A stretch of DNA of 64,000 nt from an uncultured delta proteobacterium (GTDB lineage: Bacteria; Myxococcota_A; Polyangia; Polyangiales; B10-G4): contig CAVSGI010000020.1 in assembly GCA_963727445.1 (NCBI GenBank), forward strand, positions 160,001-224,000, in the 5' to 3' direction. Under the pieces are notes generated by a model that did no database searches, had not been told where the DNA came from, and saw only the letters and a program-made list of their open reading frames with translations. Both the position numbers and the translations under genes were made by a program. Positions 41,129-54,917 of the stretch are shown one piece after another; position 1 is the stretch's first letter; each line of letters opens with the position of its first letter.

Positions 41129-43195
41129 TCAGAGCGCGCCCTCGATGATCCCCGGCACCGGGAGCGAGGTGGTCTCGAGGTTCGTGGTGTTGTCGCGGAA
41201 GACGACGCGATTGCTGAGGCGCTCGAGGTCGTAGGAGTCGAGGTTCACGCAGGCGCCGATCTCGGCGTTCTGGATCACGCCAGTGCTCAGGTCCACCTCG
41301 GGCGGCGTGGTCGACGCATTGGCGTAGCTGAGGAGCACACCGCAGAGCTGGACGTCGTCCACCTCGAAGCGGTTGACGTTCAGACCCGAAGACACGACGA
41401 GCAGGCCGTGTGCATAGCGGGAGTCTGGACAATCGGTGTCGATGCAGGGTGGGTACGCGACGTTCGATACGGCCACGTCCGACACGGTGACGCTCGCGCC
41501 ATCGGCGGCGACGACCCCCAGCTCGAAGACACGCTCGATGCGGAGGCGCTCGGCGTCGAGACTCGCCCCCCGCTGCACCTGGACGCCTCGGCCCTTGGTG
41601 TTGTCGGTCGGTCGCGCTTGGATGTCGCGAACGAGGCAATCGCTCAGCGCCGCGGAGGTCCCTTCGAAGTCCACGAGTATCCCGACCTCGACCGCCCGCT
41701 CGACCACCAGGCGGGCGGCGGTGAGGCTCGCCCCGTCTCGCACGACGAGCCCGACCCCCTTGGTGTCGTCGCTCGGCCGCGCAGCCACGTCGCGGATCAG
41801 GAAGTCCGTCAAGTCGGCGGTGGAGCTTCCGAGCGCGTAGAGGCCGATCTCGTGCACCCGATCGATCATCACCTGGGTGGCCGTGAGCGCCACGCCCCCC
41901 TGTAGCTCGATCCCGCGGCCCAAGAGTCCCGTGCTGGCGGTGGGCTCCATGTCGCGGAGCACGACCTGTCCGAGCGTCACGGCGCCGCCCTCGGCGTAGA
42001 TGGCGTCGTCGGTCCCGTTGGCGACCAGCATTCGGGTCGCCGTCAGCTGAACGCCCCCCTTGAGGAGAATGCCGCCGCCGCCCGTGCCTCCACGCTCGGC
42101 CGGCTGGGTGTCGGCGATCACTACGTCCTCCAGGGTGAGCGTCGTCGCCGCGTCGTGTGCGTCGATGCTCAGCTCGCGGTTGCCGCTCATGTACAGCCCG
42201 GAAGCGGAGACCTGCGCGCCCTGCTGCAGGATCATCCCGCGACCCACGAGGCGCGCGGCGTTGGGTTCGGTGTCGAGGATCGCCACGTCCTCGAGCTCGG
42301 CCGCCGCGTCGATGGCGAGGACCATCCCTGCCTCCATCCCTCGCTGGACGACGACCCGCTCCGCGCTGAGGTGCCCGTCGGTCACGCTGATCGGGTAGCC
42401 GCCGCCCGCGTCTCCGGCGACTGTGTCGCTGATCGCGACGTCCGAGAGCGTCATCTCTCCGCCCGAGTACGACACGACGCCGAAGGGAGTCGTCCCATGT
42501 ACGACGACACCCTCGACGGCAATGGCATGCGCCCCGTCCGTCGACACGCCGGCCTGGCGCGGCGCGTCAATCGTCACGTTGCGGAGGGTGCCGGGCTCAC
42601 CGGTGCTCGCTGCGAGGACCACCGCGGGCACCGGGGCGTCCACGCCGGTCAGGATCGTGTCGCGCGCGCAGGCGCCAATCACGGTCACGCCGCCCCGGAG
42701 CGGGATCGTTCCCTCGTGGCTTCCCTTCGAGAGGGCCACCACGTCGCCGGAGGACAGGGACGTCCATCTCACGGAGGAGAGCGAAGAAAAGGGCGCGCCC
42801 ATGGATCCATCCCCACCGGCGGCGGCGGTGGGGTCGACGAAGATCGTCGCGGCCCCCGAAGGCAGCGTGTCGGCGAAGCGCCCGGTGGGACACGCATCGC
42901 CCACGGGCCGACAGTCCGGCTCCCCAGGGAAGTGCGCCTCTCCCTCCGCGCAGTCGCGGGGTCCGCCCTCGGGATACGCATCGCACTCGACGTGACCGTC
43001 GATCGTGACCTCGCGCCATCCGGAACGGCACGGGGTCAGGTCGACCGGTTCCCCGTCGAGCCACGGGATCTCGAGGGATGCCACCGAGTCTCCTCCCCCA
43101 TCCGCCCCCGCATCCGTTCCCGAGTCCGCGCCGGCCCCGCCGAGGTCACAGGCCGCGGCGTGAAGGAGGAGCACAACGATGAGCGTGGGACGCAC
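41129..43195 (-). CDS. Lipoprotein with right-handed beta-helix (pectin-lyase-like) repeats
   Basis: HAAAC lipobox, GDGSMGAPF motif, repeated GRGxxxQxG...LxDVxIxD units; start GTG43195. Confidence 0.85.
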   Translation of the reverse strand: MRPTLIVVLLLHAAACDLGGAGADSGTDAGADGGGDSVASLEIPWLDGEPVDLTPCRSGWREVTIDGHVECDAYPEGGPRDCAEGEAHFPGEPDCRPVGDACPTGRFADTLPSGAATIFVDPTAAAGGDGSMGAPFSSLSSVRWTSLSSGDVVALSKGSHEGTIPLRGGVTVIGACARDTILTGVDAPVPAVVLAASTGEPGTLRNVTIDAPRQAGVSTDGAHAIAVEGVVVHGTTPFGVVSYSGGEMTLSDVAISDTVAGDAGGGYPISVTDGHLSAERVVVQRGMEAGMVLAIDAAAELEDVAILDTEPNAARLVGRGMILQQGAQVSASGLYMSGNRELSIDAHDAATTLTLEDVVIADTQPAERGGTGGGGILLKGGVQLTATRMLVANGTDDAIYAEGGAVTLGQVVLRDMEPTASTGLLGRGIELQGGVALTATQVMIDRVHEIGLYALGSSTADLTDFLIRDVAARPSDDTKGVGLVVRDGASLTAARLVVERAVEVGILVDFEGTSAALSDCLVRDIQARPTDNTKGRGVQVQRGASLDAERLRIERVFELGVVAADGASVTVSDVAVSNVAYPPCIDTDCPDSRYAHGLLVVSSGLNVNRFEVDDVQLCGVLLSYANASTTPPEVDLSTGVIQNAEIGACVNLDSYDLERLSNRVVFRDNTTNLETTSLPVPGIIEGAL

Positions 43196-43341
43196 TCCGT
43201 ACGAGTGTATCAGTCCTCCTCCATGGGCGAGAAACGGCCGAACCGGGCGCCCCCCAAATGCATTCGGCGAGGAGGCTCTTGCCTCGTTAATGATGCTGTT
43301 AATGCGCACAGAGCGCCCGGTCGACACACCCTAACCCGGGC

Positions 43342-44160
43342 ATGAACAAGATCCCGAAGCTCGCGCTCGCGTTCTGGGTCATGAAGATCTGCGCGACGAC
43401 GCTCGGGGAGACGGCTGGCGATCTGCTGTCGATGACGATGAACGTCGGCTACGCGCTGAGCTCCGTGATCCTCGTGGGCTTCTTCGTGGTGACGCTCGTC
43501 CTGCAGATGGCGTCCCGACGCTACCACCCGGTGCTCTACTGGGGAGTGATCCTCACCACCAGCACCGCCGGGACGACCATCTCGGACTTCATGGACCGCA
43601 GCCTCGGGCTCGGTTACGCGCTCGGGTCGCTCATCCTCGTGACGCTCCTGGCCGGTGTGCTCTTCGTCTGGCACAGCACCGAGAAGACCCTCGCCGTCGA
43701 GCGGGTGACGACTCGGCGGGCGGAAGCGTTCTACTGGTCTGCGATCCTGGTCTCGAACACGCTCGGGACGGCGCTGGGCGACTACCTCGCGGATAGCTCG
43801 GGGCTCGGGTTCATGGGCGGCGCGCTCCTCATCGGCGCGCTGATCGCCGTCCTCGTGGCGGCGGTGTTCTGGACGAAGATCTCTCGCGTCTTCCTCTTCT
43901 GGGCGGCGTTCGTCCTGACGCGCCCCTTCGGCGCGACGATGGGCGACACGCTCACCAAGCCGCTCAGCGAAGGCGGCCTCGGCTTCGGGACCCTCGGCTC
44001 CTCCGCCGTGCTCCTGACGCTGCTGGTGGGCTTCGTCGTCCGCGCACAGTGGGTCGAGCGGCAGAGAACGAAGCACAGCGTCGAGACCTCGGTGCCCGAG
44101 CCTTCCTCGGCGGCGGTCCCCGTGGCGGTTCGCGCCCAGTCCTCCGAAACGGAACGCTGA
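43342..44160 (+). CDS. COG4705 (DUF347 repeat) membrane protein
   Basis: FWVMKICATTLGETAGD, NTLGTALGD, FVLTRPFGATMGD. Confidence 0.92.
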   Translation: MNKIPKLALAFWVMKICATTLGETAGDLLSMTMNVGYALSSVILVGFFVVTLVLQMASRRYHPVLYWGVILTTSTAGTTISDFMDRSLGLGYALGSLILVTLLAGVLFVWHSTEKTLAVERVTTRRAEAFYWSAILVSNTLGTALGDYLADSSGLGFMGGALLIGALIAVLVAAVFWTKISRVFLFWAAFVLTRPFGATMGDTLTKPLSEGGLGFGTLGSSAVLLTLLVGFVVRAQWVERQRTKHSVETSVPEPSSAAVPVAVRAQSSETER

Positions 44161-44165
44161 GCGCC

Positions 44166-44818
44166 TCAAGGGGCGCCGACGCGTACGTAGCTGAACGATT
44201 CGTCGATGCGGAAGCGCGTCGTCACCTCGCCCGACTCCCCACGCGCATCGGCCTCTTCCGCGTCCATGCCCCCGAGGCGCTGCATGAGCAGGACGTCGTG
44301 ATAGAGCAGGCCCCGGAGCTCCCGACCTTCGGCCGCGAGCTCCAGGTCTCCCTCGTCGCCATCCCACACGGCGGCGACCTGGTCATCGTCGCATCCGACG
44401 AGCAGGCGCTCGTAGCACTGGCCGACGTCGTTGCACGAGGTCGCGTACTCGAAGCTCTCTTCGTCGAGCACTTCGACGAGGGTCTCGACGTAGTCGGGGA
44501 TCGGATCGCCGTTGACGTCGACCTCGCGTAGGAGCGAGTAGACCGACTCGTTGGAATCGCCCCTCGCTCGGGCACGAGCTCCGTGAGCTCACCCTCCTCG
44601 GCTCCGATGCCGTACACCATCACCGAGGCGGGCACGTCCTCACAGCGCAGCGGGCGCGGAGCCGTCGACGCCGGCTCCGCATCGCCCGCGCTCGGCGCCG
44701 TCGAGGTGACGGGTGACGCGGGTGGTGTCTGCACCGCGGGGTCCGGAGGCGGCGAGGCCCCGCATGCAGACGCGGCGATCGCCGCGCCGAAGAGGAGCCA
44801 GGTGCTGGTTGGACGCAT
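44166..44818 (-). CDS. Hypothetical lipoprotein, frameshifted at the C-run 44560-44563
   Basis: AASAC lipobox; adding one G to the minus-strand G-run joins ...LVPERG to GDSNESVYSLLREVDVNGD...YVRVGAP. Confidence 0.65.
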
Positions 44819-44864
44819 GGCCGACGCGAGAAACGGGCGGAAACGTGCCGCTCCGCTCCCGTCC

Positions 44865-47081
44865 TCAGTTCGACGCGCCCGGGGTCGGCGTCCGCTGGAC
44901 GTAGGCTTCGGTGCCGAAGGGGCCGCCGAGGCCGTCGTACTGACGCTGGTTCGACTCGGGGGACCCCGAGGCTCCCTCGTTGACCTGGGGGTGGCCGGGC
45001 GTGAGCCCGTTGATCAGGTCGGTGTCGTCGCTGTCGTTGCTGTCATACACCAGGGCGTCGAGGAGCACCGCGCCAGAGGGCAGGGGGCTGACGGCGCCGC
45101 CGTCGGAGAAGTCGCCGTAGCTCGCCATGAGGAGCGCGACGGCGTCGGCCCCGTTCTGCAGAAGCCCGTTGGAGAAGGAGGCGCAGTCCACGCCGACCGT
45201 GCAACCCGACGCCGTGAGGACCGACGAGTTGCCGAAGAGGAAGAACCCCGACGAGTTCGTCTGATACCCGTACAAGTCGAAGGCGTAGTACGCCATATCG
45301 TCGGAGCCGTTGAAGAACACGAGGATCATCCCGTCGAGGGAGACGTTCCCGCGGCCGCCATCGTAGATCTCGACGAACTCTGCCATGTCGGTGCCCGGAT
45401 TGTCGGCGTCGACCTCGTTGATCACGAAGTCCGGGCCCACCGCGTCCCAGCACATCGCCATCGCGCAGCCGAAGCAGCTGGGCGCCGTACCCGGACAATC
45501 ACTGCACGACGTCAGATCGGGCTCCGCCACATCCGCAGGACAGGTGGCCGAAGCGCCATCACACGTCTCCTCGGCGTCGCAGTCCATGGTGCTCGCGCGG
45601 CAGACCGTGCCCGAAGGCGAGAGCGCATCGGCCGGGCAGAGGCCGCTCGAGCCGGTGCAGGTCTCCTCGGGATCGCACAGCCCCCCGGAGACGCGACAAA
45701 CCGTCGAGCTGGGCAGCACCACGTCGGGCGGACAGGCCGGCCCGGTCCCGAGGCAGGTCTCGGCGACGTCACAGGTGCCCACGGCGGGCCTGCAGGTGAC
45801 GCTCGAGGAGGCGTAGCTGTCGGGCGGGCACGTGACCGACGAGCCGTCGCAGACCTCCGCGGGATCGCAGGCCCCCGTCGAGCGGCGACACTCGAACCCT
45901 TCCGTCTGGAGCGCGTCCGGCGGACACAGCGCGCCGATCCCATCACAGGTCTCCGCTGCATCGCACGGGCCGGCGGCGGCACGGCAGACGGTGCTCGCCG
46001 GCGAGACGGCGTCGGCGGGGCAGGCGGCGCCCGATCCGGTGCAGGTCTCTGCCGCATCGCAGGCGCTGACCGACGCGCGACAGACCGTGGTGGCGGGCGC
46101 GAAGGAGTCGCCCGGACAGACGGCGCTCGACCCAGTGCAGGTCTCCGCGACGTCGCAGCCACCAGGGGCCGCCGCGCGGCAGACGGTCACCGAAGAAGCG
46201 AAGGTGTCGGCCGGGCAAGCCGCGCTCGACCCAGAACAGGTCTCGGCGACGTCGCAAGCGCCTGCGGACGCGCGACAGGTCGTGGACGCGGAAGCGAAAC
46301 CGTCGGCGGGACAGGCGGCGCTCGCGCCGCTGCACGTCTCTTCGGCGTCGCACGGCCCGGCCGACGCGCGGCAGACCGTCCCGGAGGGTGAGAGCGCGTC
46401 GGCGGGACAGCTCGCGCTCGATCCGGTGCACGTCTCTTCGCTATCACAGGCGCCGCTCGAGGCGCGGCAGACGGTGGTGGCAGGGGCGAAGGCGTCCGCC
46501 GGGCAGGCGCCGGACGCTCCGTCGCAGACCTCGGCCGGGTCGCATACGCCGGTCGAGGATCGGCACTCCGTTCCCGCGGGGCTCACCACGTCGGCGGGGC
46601 AGGCGGCGCTCGATCCGTCGCAGGTCTCGGGCGCGTCGCAGACGCCGGCTGCGGCGCGGCAGACCGTGGTCGCCGGTTCGAGGGCGTCGGCCGGACAGTC
46701 GGTGGCGGCTCCATCGCAGACCTCTTCCGCATCGCAGAGGTCAGTCGCCGCGCGGCAGACGATGCCCGCGGCGGCTGGGCCGTCGCAGGTCTCGTTGCAG
46801 CAGGGGTCCACGCCGGGATCGCAGGTCTCGGAAGAGTCCACGACGCCGTCTCCGCACGTTCCTCCATCAGGTGTAGCGTCAGGTGTGGCGTCGACGGCGC
46901 CGCTGTCCGGTTCGGCGTCGGGTGTCGCGTCAGGCGCTTCGGCGTCCGGCCGAGCGTCCATGCCGCTGTCATAGGAACCGTCCGGCCCGGTGTCGGCGGT
47001 CGTGGAGTCGTCGTCCGCACAAGCGGCCAGCGCCAACGCCCCGAGGAGCACGATCCCCCACCCGAAAGAGCTTCGTCCCAT
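44865..47081 (-). CDS. Lipoprotein with 13 disintegrin-like repeats and a C-terminal lamin-tail-like domain
   Basis: ALAAC lipobox; 13 copies of CRxxxxxCDxxExCxGxxxxCPxD; VINEVDADNPGTDMAEFVEIY...LQNGADAVAL...PTPGASN. Confidence 0.9.
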   Translation of the reverse strand: MGRSSFGWGIVLLGALALAACADDDSTTADTGPDGSYDSGMDARPDAEAPDATPDAEPDSGAVDATPDATPDGGTCGDGVVDSSETCDPGVDPCCNETCDGPAAAGIVCRAATDLCDAEEVCDGAATDCPADALEPATTVCRAAAGVCDAPETCDGSSAACPADVVSPAGTECRSSTGVCDPAEVCDGASGACPADAFAPATTVCRASSGACDSEETCTGSSASCPADALSPSGTVCRASAGPCDAEETCSGASAACPADGFASASTTCRASAGACDVAETCSGSSAACPADTFASSVTVCRAAAPGGCDVAETCTGSSAVCPGDSFAPATTVCRASVSACDAAETCTGSGAACPADAVSPASTVCRAAAGPCDAAETCDGIGALCPPDALQTEGFECRRSTGACDPAEVCDGSSVTCPPDSYASSSVTCRPAVGTCDVAETCLGTGPACPPDVVLPSSTVCRVSGGLCDPEETCTGSSGLCPADALSPSGTVCRASTMDCDAEETCDGASATCPADVAEPDLTSCSDCPGTAPSCFGCAMAMCWDAVGPDFVINEVDADNPGTDMAEFVEIYDGGRGNVSLDGMILVFFNGSDDMAYYAFDLYGYQTNSSGFFLFGNSSVLTASGCTVGVDCASFSNGLLQNGADAVALLMASYGDFSDGGAVSPLPSGAVLLDALVYDSNDSDDTDLINGLTPGHPQVNEGASGSPESNQRQYDGLGGPFGTEAYVQRTPTPGASN

Positions 47082-47192
47082 CACCGTTCTCCTCGCCCTC
47101 ACGTCAATCAACAAGCCGCGCGATGGAGGGAGCATCCATGTGTGCTCCATGCGCGTCAACGGCCCCCAGCGTGAAGGGGGGATTCGGCAGCG

Positions 47193-47657
47193 CTAGCTCT
47201 GCTCGCGGCAGTCCCGGCAGATGCCGTAGAGCTCGTGGCGATGCCGGGTGAGACGGAAGCCGTGGGTGCGGGCCAGCTCGTCCTGGAGCTTCTCGATGCG
47301 CTCGTCCTCGAACTCCACGATCTTGCCGCACTTGGTGCAGATCAGATGGTCGTGGTGCTCGTCCTCGTGCGCGACCTCGTAGCGCGAGACCCCGTCGCCG
47401 AACTTCCGCTCGTTGGCGAGCCCGCTGTCGGTGAGGAGCTTCAGCGTCCGGTAGATGGTGGCGTAGCCAACCTTCGGGTCTCGCCGCCGCACCTTCGCCC
47501 ACAGGTCCTCGATCGAGAGGTGCCCCTCCGACTTGAAGAAGATGTCCGTCACCAGGCGCCGCTGCGCCGTGGACCGGAGGCCGTTTCTGTCCATGTACTC
47601 GGCCAGTCGGTCGCGCAGAGTCGCCAGGTAGTCTTTCTTCTCCGTGGCCGTGTCCAT
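47193..47657 (-). CDS. fur: Ferric uptake regulator family protein
   Basis: STAQRR, ATIYRTLKLL, HHDHLICTKCG, YGICRDC. Confidence 0.93.
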   Translation of the reverse strand: MDTATEKKDYLATLRDRLAEYMDRNGLRSTAQRRLVTDIFFKSEGHLSIEDLWAKVRRRDPKVGYATIYRTLKLLTDSGLANERKFGDGVSRYEVAHEDEHHDHLICTKCGKIVEFEDERIEKLQDELARTHGFRLTRHRHELYGICRDCREQS

Positions 47658-47707
47658 CGCGGGAGCCCCCCGAGGACTCAGGGGGTGTGTAGGATAGCCA
47701 AACGCCG

Positions 47708-49210
47708 ATGTCGACCCCCCGCATCACCATGGAGCGAATCGCGCTGGTGGTCGTCCCCGTGGCAACCGCAATCGTATTCATTGTGGTTTTGGCGATGGAA
47801 ACGGTGGAGGTTCGTTACGACCTCCAGTTGATCACCTCCCCTTCGGTGAGGCCCGGAAGCGACGTCGCCGCCCGAGCCTTCTTCTTCGTGCCGGGTGATG
47901 GCGTCGCGCCGGATCGCGCGGAGGCGCGCGACGCGACCCTCGAGCTCCTCGATGCGGACGGCGTGGTCGTCGCCGAAGGCCATCTCATGCCGGCGACACG
48001 AAACGTTCCGAGCGTGACGGAGGCCGGCCGCTACGGCATGGACGGCTTCGTCACGGCACCGGAGGCGGAGGGCGACTACACCATCCGAGCGCGGGTGTGG
48101 GAGGACGAGACGGTGATCGCGCATTGCGAAGCGCCGGTGATCGTGCGGGCGTCGCCGCGCCAGAGCCCGCTCGCCGCGCGACCGATGATGCCGATGCAGC
48201 AGTGGCGCCTCTTGCCCGTCGAGTCGACCGGACAGGCGCCCTCCGGGATGGAGCTGCGCGTCCGCGCGGGTTACTGCATCCCCGAAGAGCCCTGCGAGCT
48301 GCTCGTCTGGGTTGGCGAGCCGGCCGCGGTGGTGACGCTCGAAGGGCACGGCATCGACATCGACGAGCCGCAGTCGGTCGTGGAAGCGACGGCTGGGATC
48401 CTGCGCCGCCAGGGGACGGTGCATGGGCCCGAGGCCAGGGTCACGCTGGTCGCCACACGGGACGGCGAGTCGGTGGCGCACCGTGACGTGCAGATCCCCA
48501 TCGTGCAGAGCGGCGTGTGGGTGCCAGAAGGCTCTGCCATCTGCCCTCCGCCTTGCGAGCGACACCTGCAGAACACGAGCGTCGAGCCGGTGCTCGTCGA
48601 CTTCTTTCGGGACGGCGTCTGGTCGGTCGCCGCGACCCTCCCCGATGACGGAAGGCCCTTCTTCGAAATCCCTCTCGCTCCGGGCGTCTGGCGCGCACAG
48701 CTCCGCACCGATCCCTTCGGCGTGGAGAGCGCAGCCTCGCACGTGATCTACGTCGGGCCGGAGGAAGGGGCGGTGGCCGCGATGAAGGCGAACCTGGTGA
48801 TGCAGGGCGCCGAGGACGCCTTCACCGTCGCGATGCCGCTCGACGACGTCGCCGCCGAGGATCAGGTCGCCTTCGCGGCGACGCTCCTCGAGATGGACAT
48901 CGTACCCCTGCCCCAAGCGCGCAGCGGTCGCGTGCAGGAGGACCTCGGTCTGGGCGAAGACCGTTCGGTCGCGCGATGGATCGCGGCCCTCTTCGTGCTC
49001 GCGATCGGGCTCTTCGTCGCCGGGTGGGTCATGCGTCGCGGGCTCGTCGCCTCGGCAGAGGCGCGTGCGCTCATGGCGGAGGCGGGGGACACCGCGGCCG
49101 AGAGTCGGAGGAACGTCTGGTCCATGACGCTGTTCGTCGCCGGGATCGTCTTCGCGACGATCCTCGCCTTCGCGGCGGCGGCGCTCCTTCTGTTGACCCG
49201 CGGCGTTTGA
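47708..49210 (+). CDS. Hypothetical membrane protein (one N-terminal and two C-terminal TM helices)
   Basis: Long ORF with coding-like bias and hydrophobic termini; divergent from fur. Confidence 0.8.
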   Translation: MSTPRITMERIALVVVPVATAIVFIVVLAMETVEVRYDLQLITSPSVRPGSDVAARAFFFVPGDGVAPDRAEARDATLELLDADGVVVAEGHLMPATRNVPSVTEAGRYGMDGFVTAPEAEGDYTIRARVWEDETVIAHCEAPVIVRASPRQSPLAARPMMPMQQWRLLPVESTGQAPSGMELRVRAGYCIPEEPCELLVWVGEPAAVVTLEGHGIDIDEPQSVVEATAGILRRQGTVHGPEARVTLVATRDGESVAHRDVQIPIVQSGVWVPEGSAICPPPCERHLQNTSVEPVLVDFFRDGVWSVAATLPDDGRPFFEIPLAPGVWRAQLRTDPFGVESAASHVIYVGPEEGAVAAMKANLVMQGAEDAFTVAMPLDDVAAEDQVAFAATLLEMDIVPLPQARSGRVQEDLGLGEDRSVARWIAALFVLAIGLFVAGWVMRRGLVASAEARALMAEAGDTAAESRRNVWSMTLFVAGIVFATILAFAAAALLLLTRGV

Positions 49211-49211
49211 C

Positions 49212-51441
49212 TCAAGGGGCGGGCGCCGGCTCGTCCTCCGCCGGCTCCTCGGGCGCGGCGTCGCCCTCCGCGGGCCCGGCCGGCGTGACGCTCTCCGCTT
49301 CGGCGATCACGGTGGGGGCGGTCTCCGCCGACGCCGCGGCGCGGGTCGAAGCCTCCGTCTCGCGCTCGGGGTCGTAGCCGATCCGATCGAGGCGACGGCG
49401 CACGCGCGCGCTCGGCCGCAGCGCATACGCGGCCTCCCACGCGCTCCGCGCGGCGTCGACGTTTCGGAGCGCCAACTGGATGTCGCCCAGGAGGATCTTG
49501 TATCCGGTGCGATTGGGCGCGAGCCGCACCGCGTTCTCCGCCGCCTCGAGACCGTCTTGGGGATGACCGGTGGCGAGGTGCACGCGCGCGAGGCCCGCCA
49601 TCGCCCCCGCGTTGATCGCGTCCACTTCGAGCGCTCGTTCATAGAGAGCGAGCGCCTGCGCCGCGTTCTCGGGCACCGGCAGCGCATCGGCCTCATCGAC
49701 CATCGCGCGCGCCCGCTCCCGCGGGTTCGACGCGGCAGAAGCCGTCTCCGTCTCCGTCTCCGTCCCCGTTCCGGTTCCCGCTCCCGTTCCCGCTCCCGTT
49801 CCCGTTCCCGCTCCCGTTCCCGTTTCCGCTCCCGCTTCCGTTCCCGTTCCCGCTCCCGTTCCCGTCCCCGTTCCCGCTCCCGTTCCCGTTCCCGCTTCCG
49901 TCTCCGTTCCCCTCTCGGCCGCTGTGTTCGCCACGGGCTCGTCGATCACCGACGCGACCATCTCGTTGTCTCCGTCGTCCTGACTCATCCAGACGACGGC
50001 GGCCGTGATGACGAAGGCGCCGAATCCGAGGACAATCGTGGCGACGGCGCCCAGGGCGAGTCCGCTCCGATTCTCGGGCGTGCTCGGGCGAACCGAAGGC
50101 GCCGGCCGCGGGGGCGGCGAGGAGGGGGCGGGCGCGGGGGGACGCGAAGAAGGGGGCGGCGGCGGATTGGAGGATGCGGCGCCGGACTTGGTCTCCGAGG
50201 CGGAGATGGTGTCAGAGACGGCCTCGGTGTCGGCGACGGCCTCGGCGTCGGCGACGGGCGCGGGTTCGGAGGCGGACTCGGGCGCGGACGCGGCGGCGGG
50301 TCCCGAGGGGGCAGCGGACGCGGACTTCGGCATCGGCGGCGCCCCAACACCCAGGAGCGTCTTCTTCCCGACCCCTTCCATCAGCTCCGCCGCGCTGCGC
50401 GGGGAGAGCGCCGGCTCGGGGGGCGCGGGAGGGTCGCTCTGGGTGACCTCGTCCATGTCGTCGTCCACGAGCTCGGGGAGCGGGAAGACGTCGGCGGGCA
50501 GGGGCGCGGTGGGATGATCGGACTCCACCAGCGTCTTTTCCCCGGCGAGCTCCTGCGCGTCACCGAGCAGCTCGTCCCGACGGAAGGGACGGGTGTCGAG
50601 GTCCTCGTCGAGCTCGCGCGAGACGTCGAGGAGCACGCCCTCGGGGCTGGCGCGGCGCGTGGCCTCGCTGTGGAGCGGCGCGGAGGACATGCGCGTGATC
50701 TCGATGATCCCGCTGCGCATCGTCTTGAAGCCCTCGACGGCGTCAGCGCCGCGCAGCGCCGGCCCACTCACGTGCAGCTCTCGATAGGTCGCCGAGACCA
50801 GCACGCCGTGATCGACGGATAGCTCGGCCCGCGCGTCGGGGCTCTGCGCCGCGATCGCATGTGAACCGTCGCTCGCCTCCAGCATCCGGAGCACGCGGCC
50901 CGGGCCGATGTGATCGAGATCGGCGGTCAGCTCGTCCTCGGACGCGATCCGATCCCGAAGGGTGCGCGCGGATTCCACCAGTGGCGAGAGCAGCGAGGCG
51001 AGCGCACGCAGATCCACCGGCTCGTCCTCGCGCCAGAACTTCTTCAGCTCGCAGCGCAGGATCGGGGCCCAGCGCAGTTGCTCGTCCGCACTCACCGCTC
51101 GCGTCAGCGCGAAGGCGGCGCCTCCGAGCCCGGTCGGGTCGAGCAGAACGACCTCCGGTTCGATTCCGCGCGCCTCCGCCAGGTCCGGCTTGGCCCTCCC
51201 CTCGAGCACCACCGCGCTCACTTCCACCGACGCGAGCTCCTCGGCGAGCTCCCGGGCTCGCTTCGGATCGCGAGAGACGATCACGAGGCGCAAGCCGAGG
51301 AGAACCCGCGCGGTGCTCGGGTCCAGGGTCACCTCGGTCTTGTCGCGATTCTCTTCGATTTCTCCCCCAGGATAGCGCCCGTCACGGCTCTGACGGGCGC
51401 GTTGCGAATCCCCCGTCCCGGCATTAGATTCTCGCCCCTCC

Positions 51442-51443
<2 letters not shown>
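49212..51443 (-). CDS. Receiver-like/DUF4388-like, Pro-rich, TM, TPR modular protein
   Basis: Degenerate receiver (PEVVLLD), DUF4388-like segment, Pro-rich linker, TM helix, TPR tail; true start probably downstream of 51443. Confidence 0.75.
49741..49911. repeat. In-frame hexanucleotide microsatellite encoding (GT/GA/ET)n
   Basis: Roughly 28 imperfect units of CCGTTC/CCGCTC/CCGTCT. Confidence 0.9.
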
Positions 51444-54754
<3,311 letters not shown>

Positions 54755-54917
54755 CGCGACTCGATCGGGTGGCGGCCGATGATCGCGCCGAGCCGGCTGA
54801 AACGTTCTGCAACGCCGGCGACCCCCGTTGAAACGCTGGGCGGAGAGCCCGAGCACAAAACGCCACCGGATCAGGCGCCTTCGAGCTAGCACGATTGTTG
54901 AAGCTGATCCGGACTCC

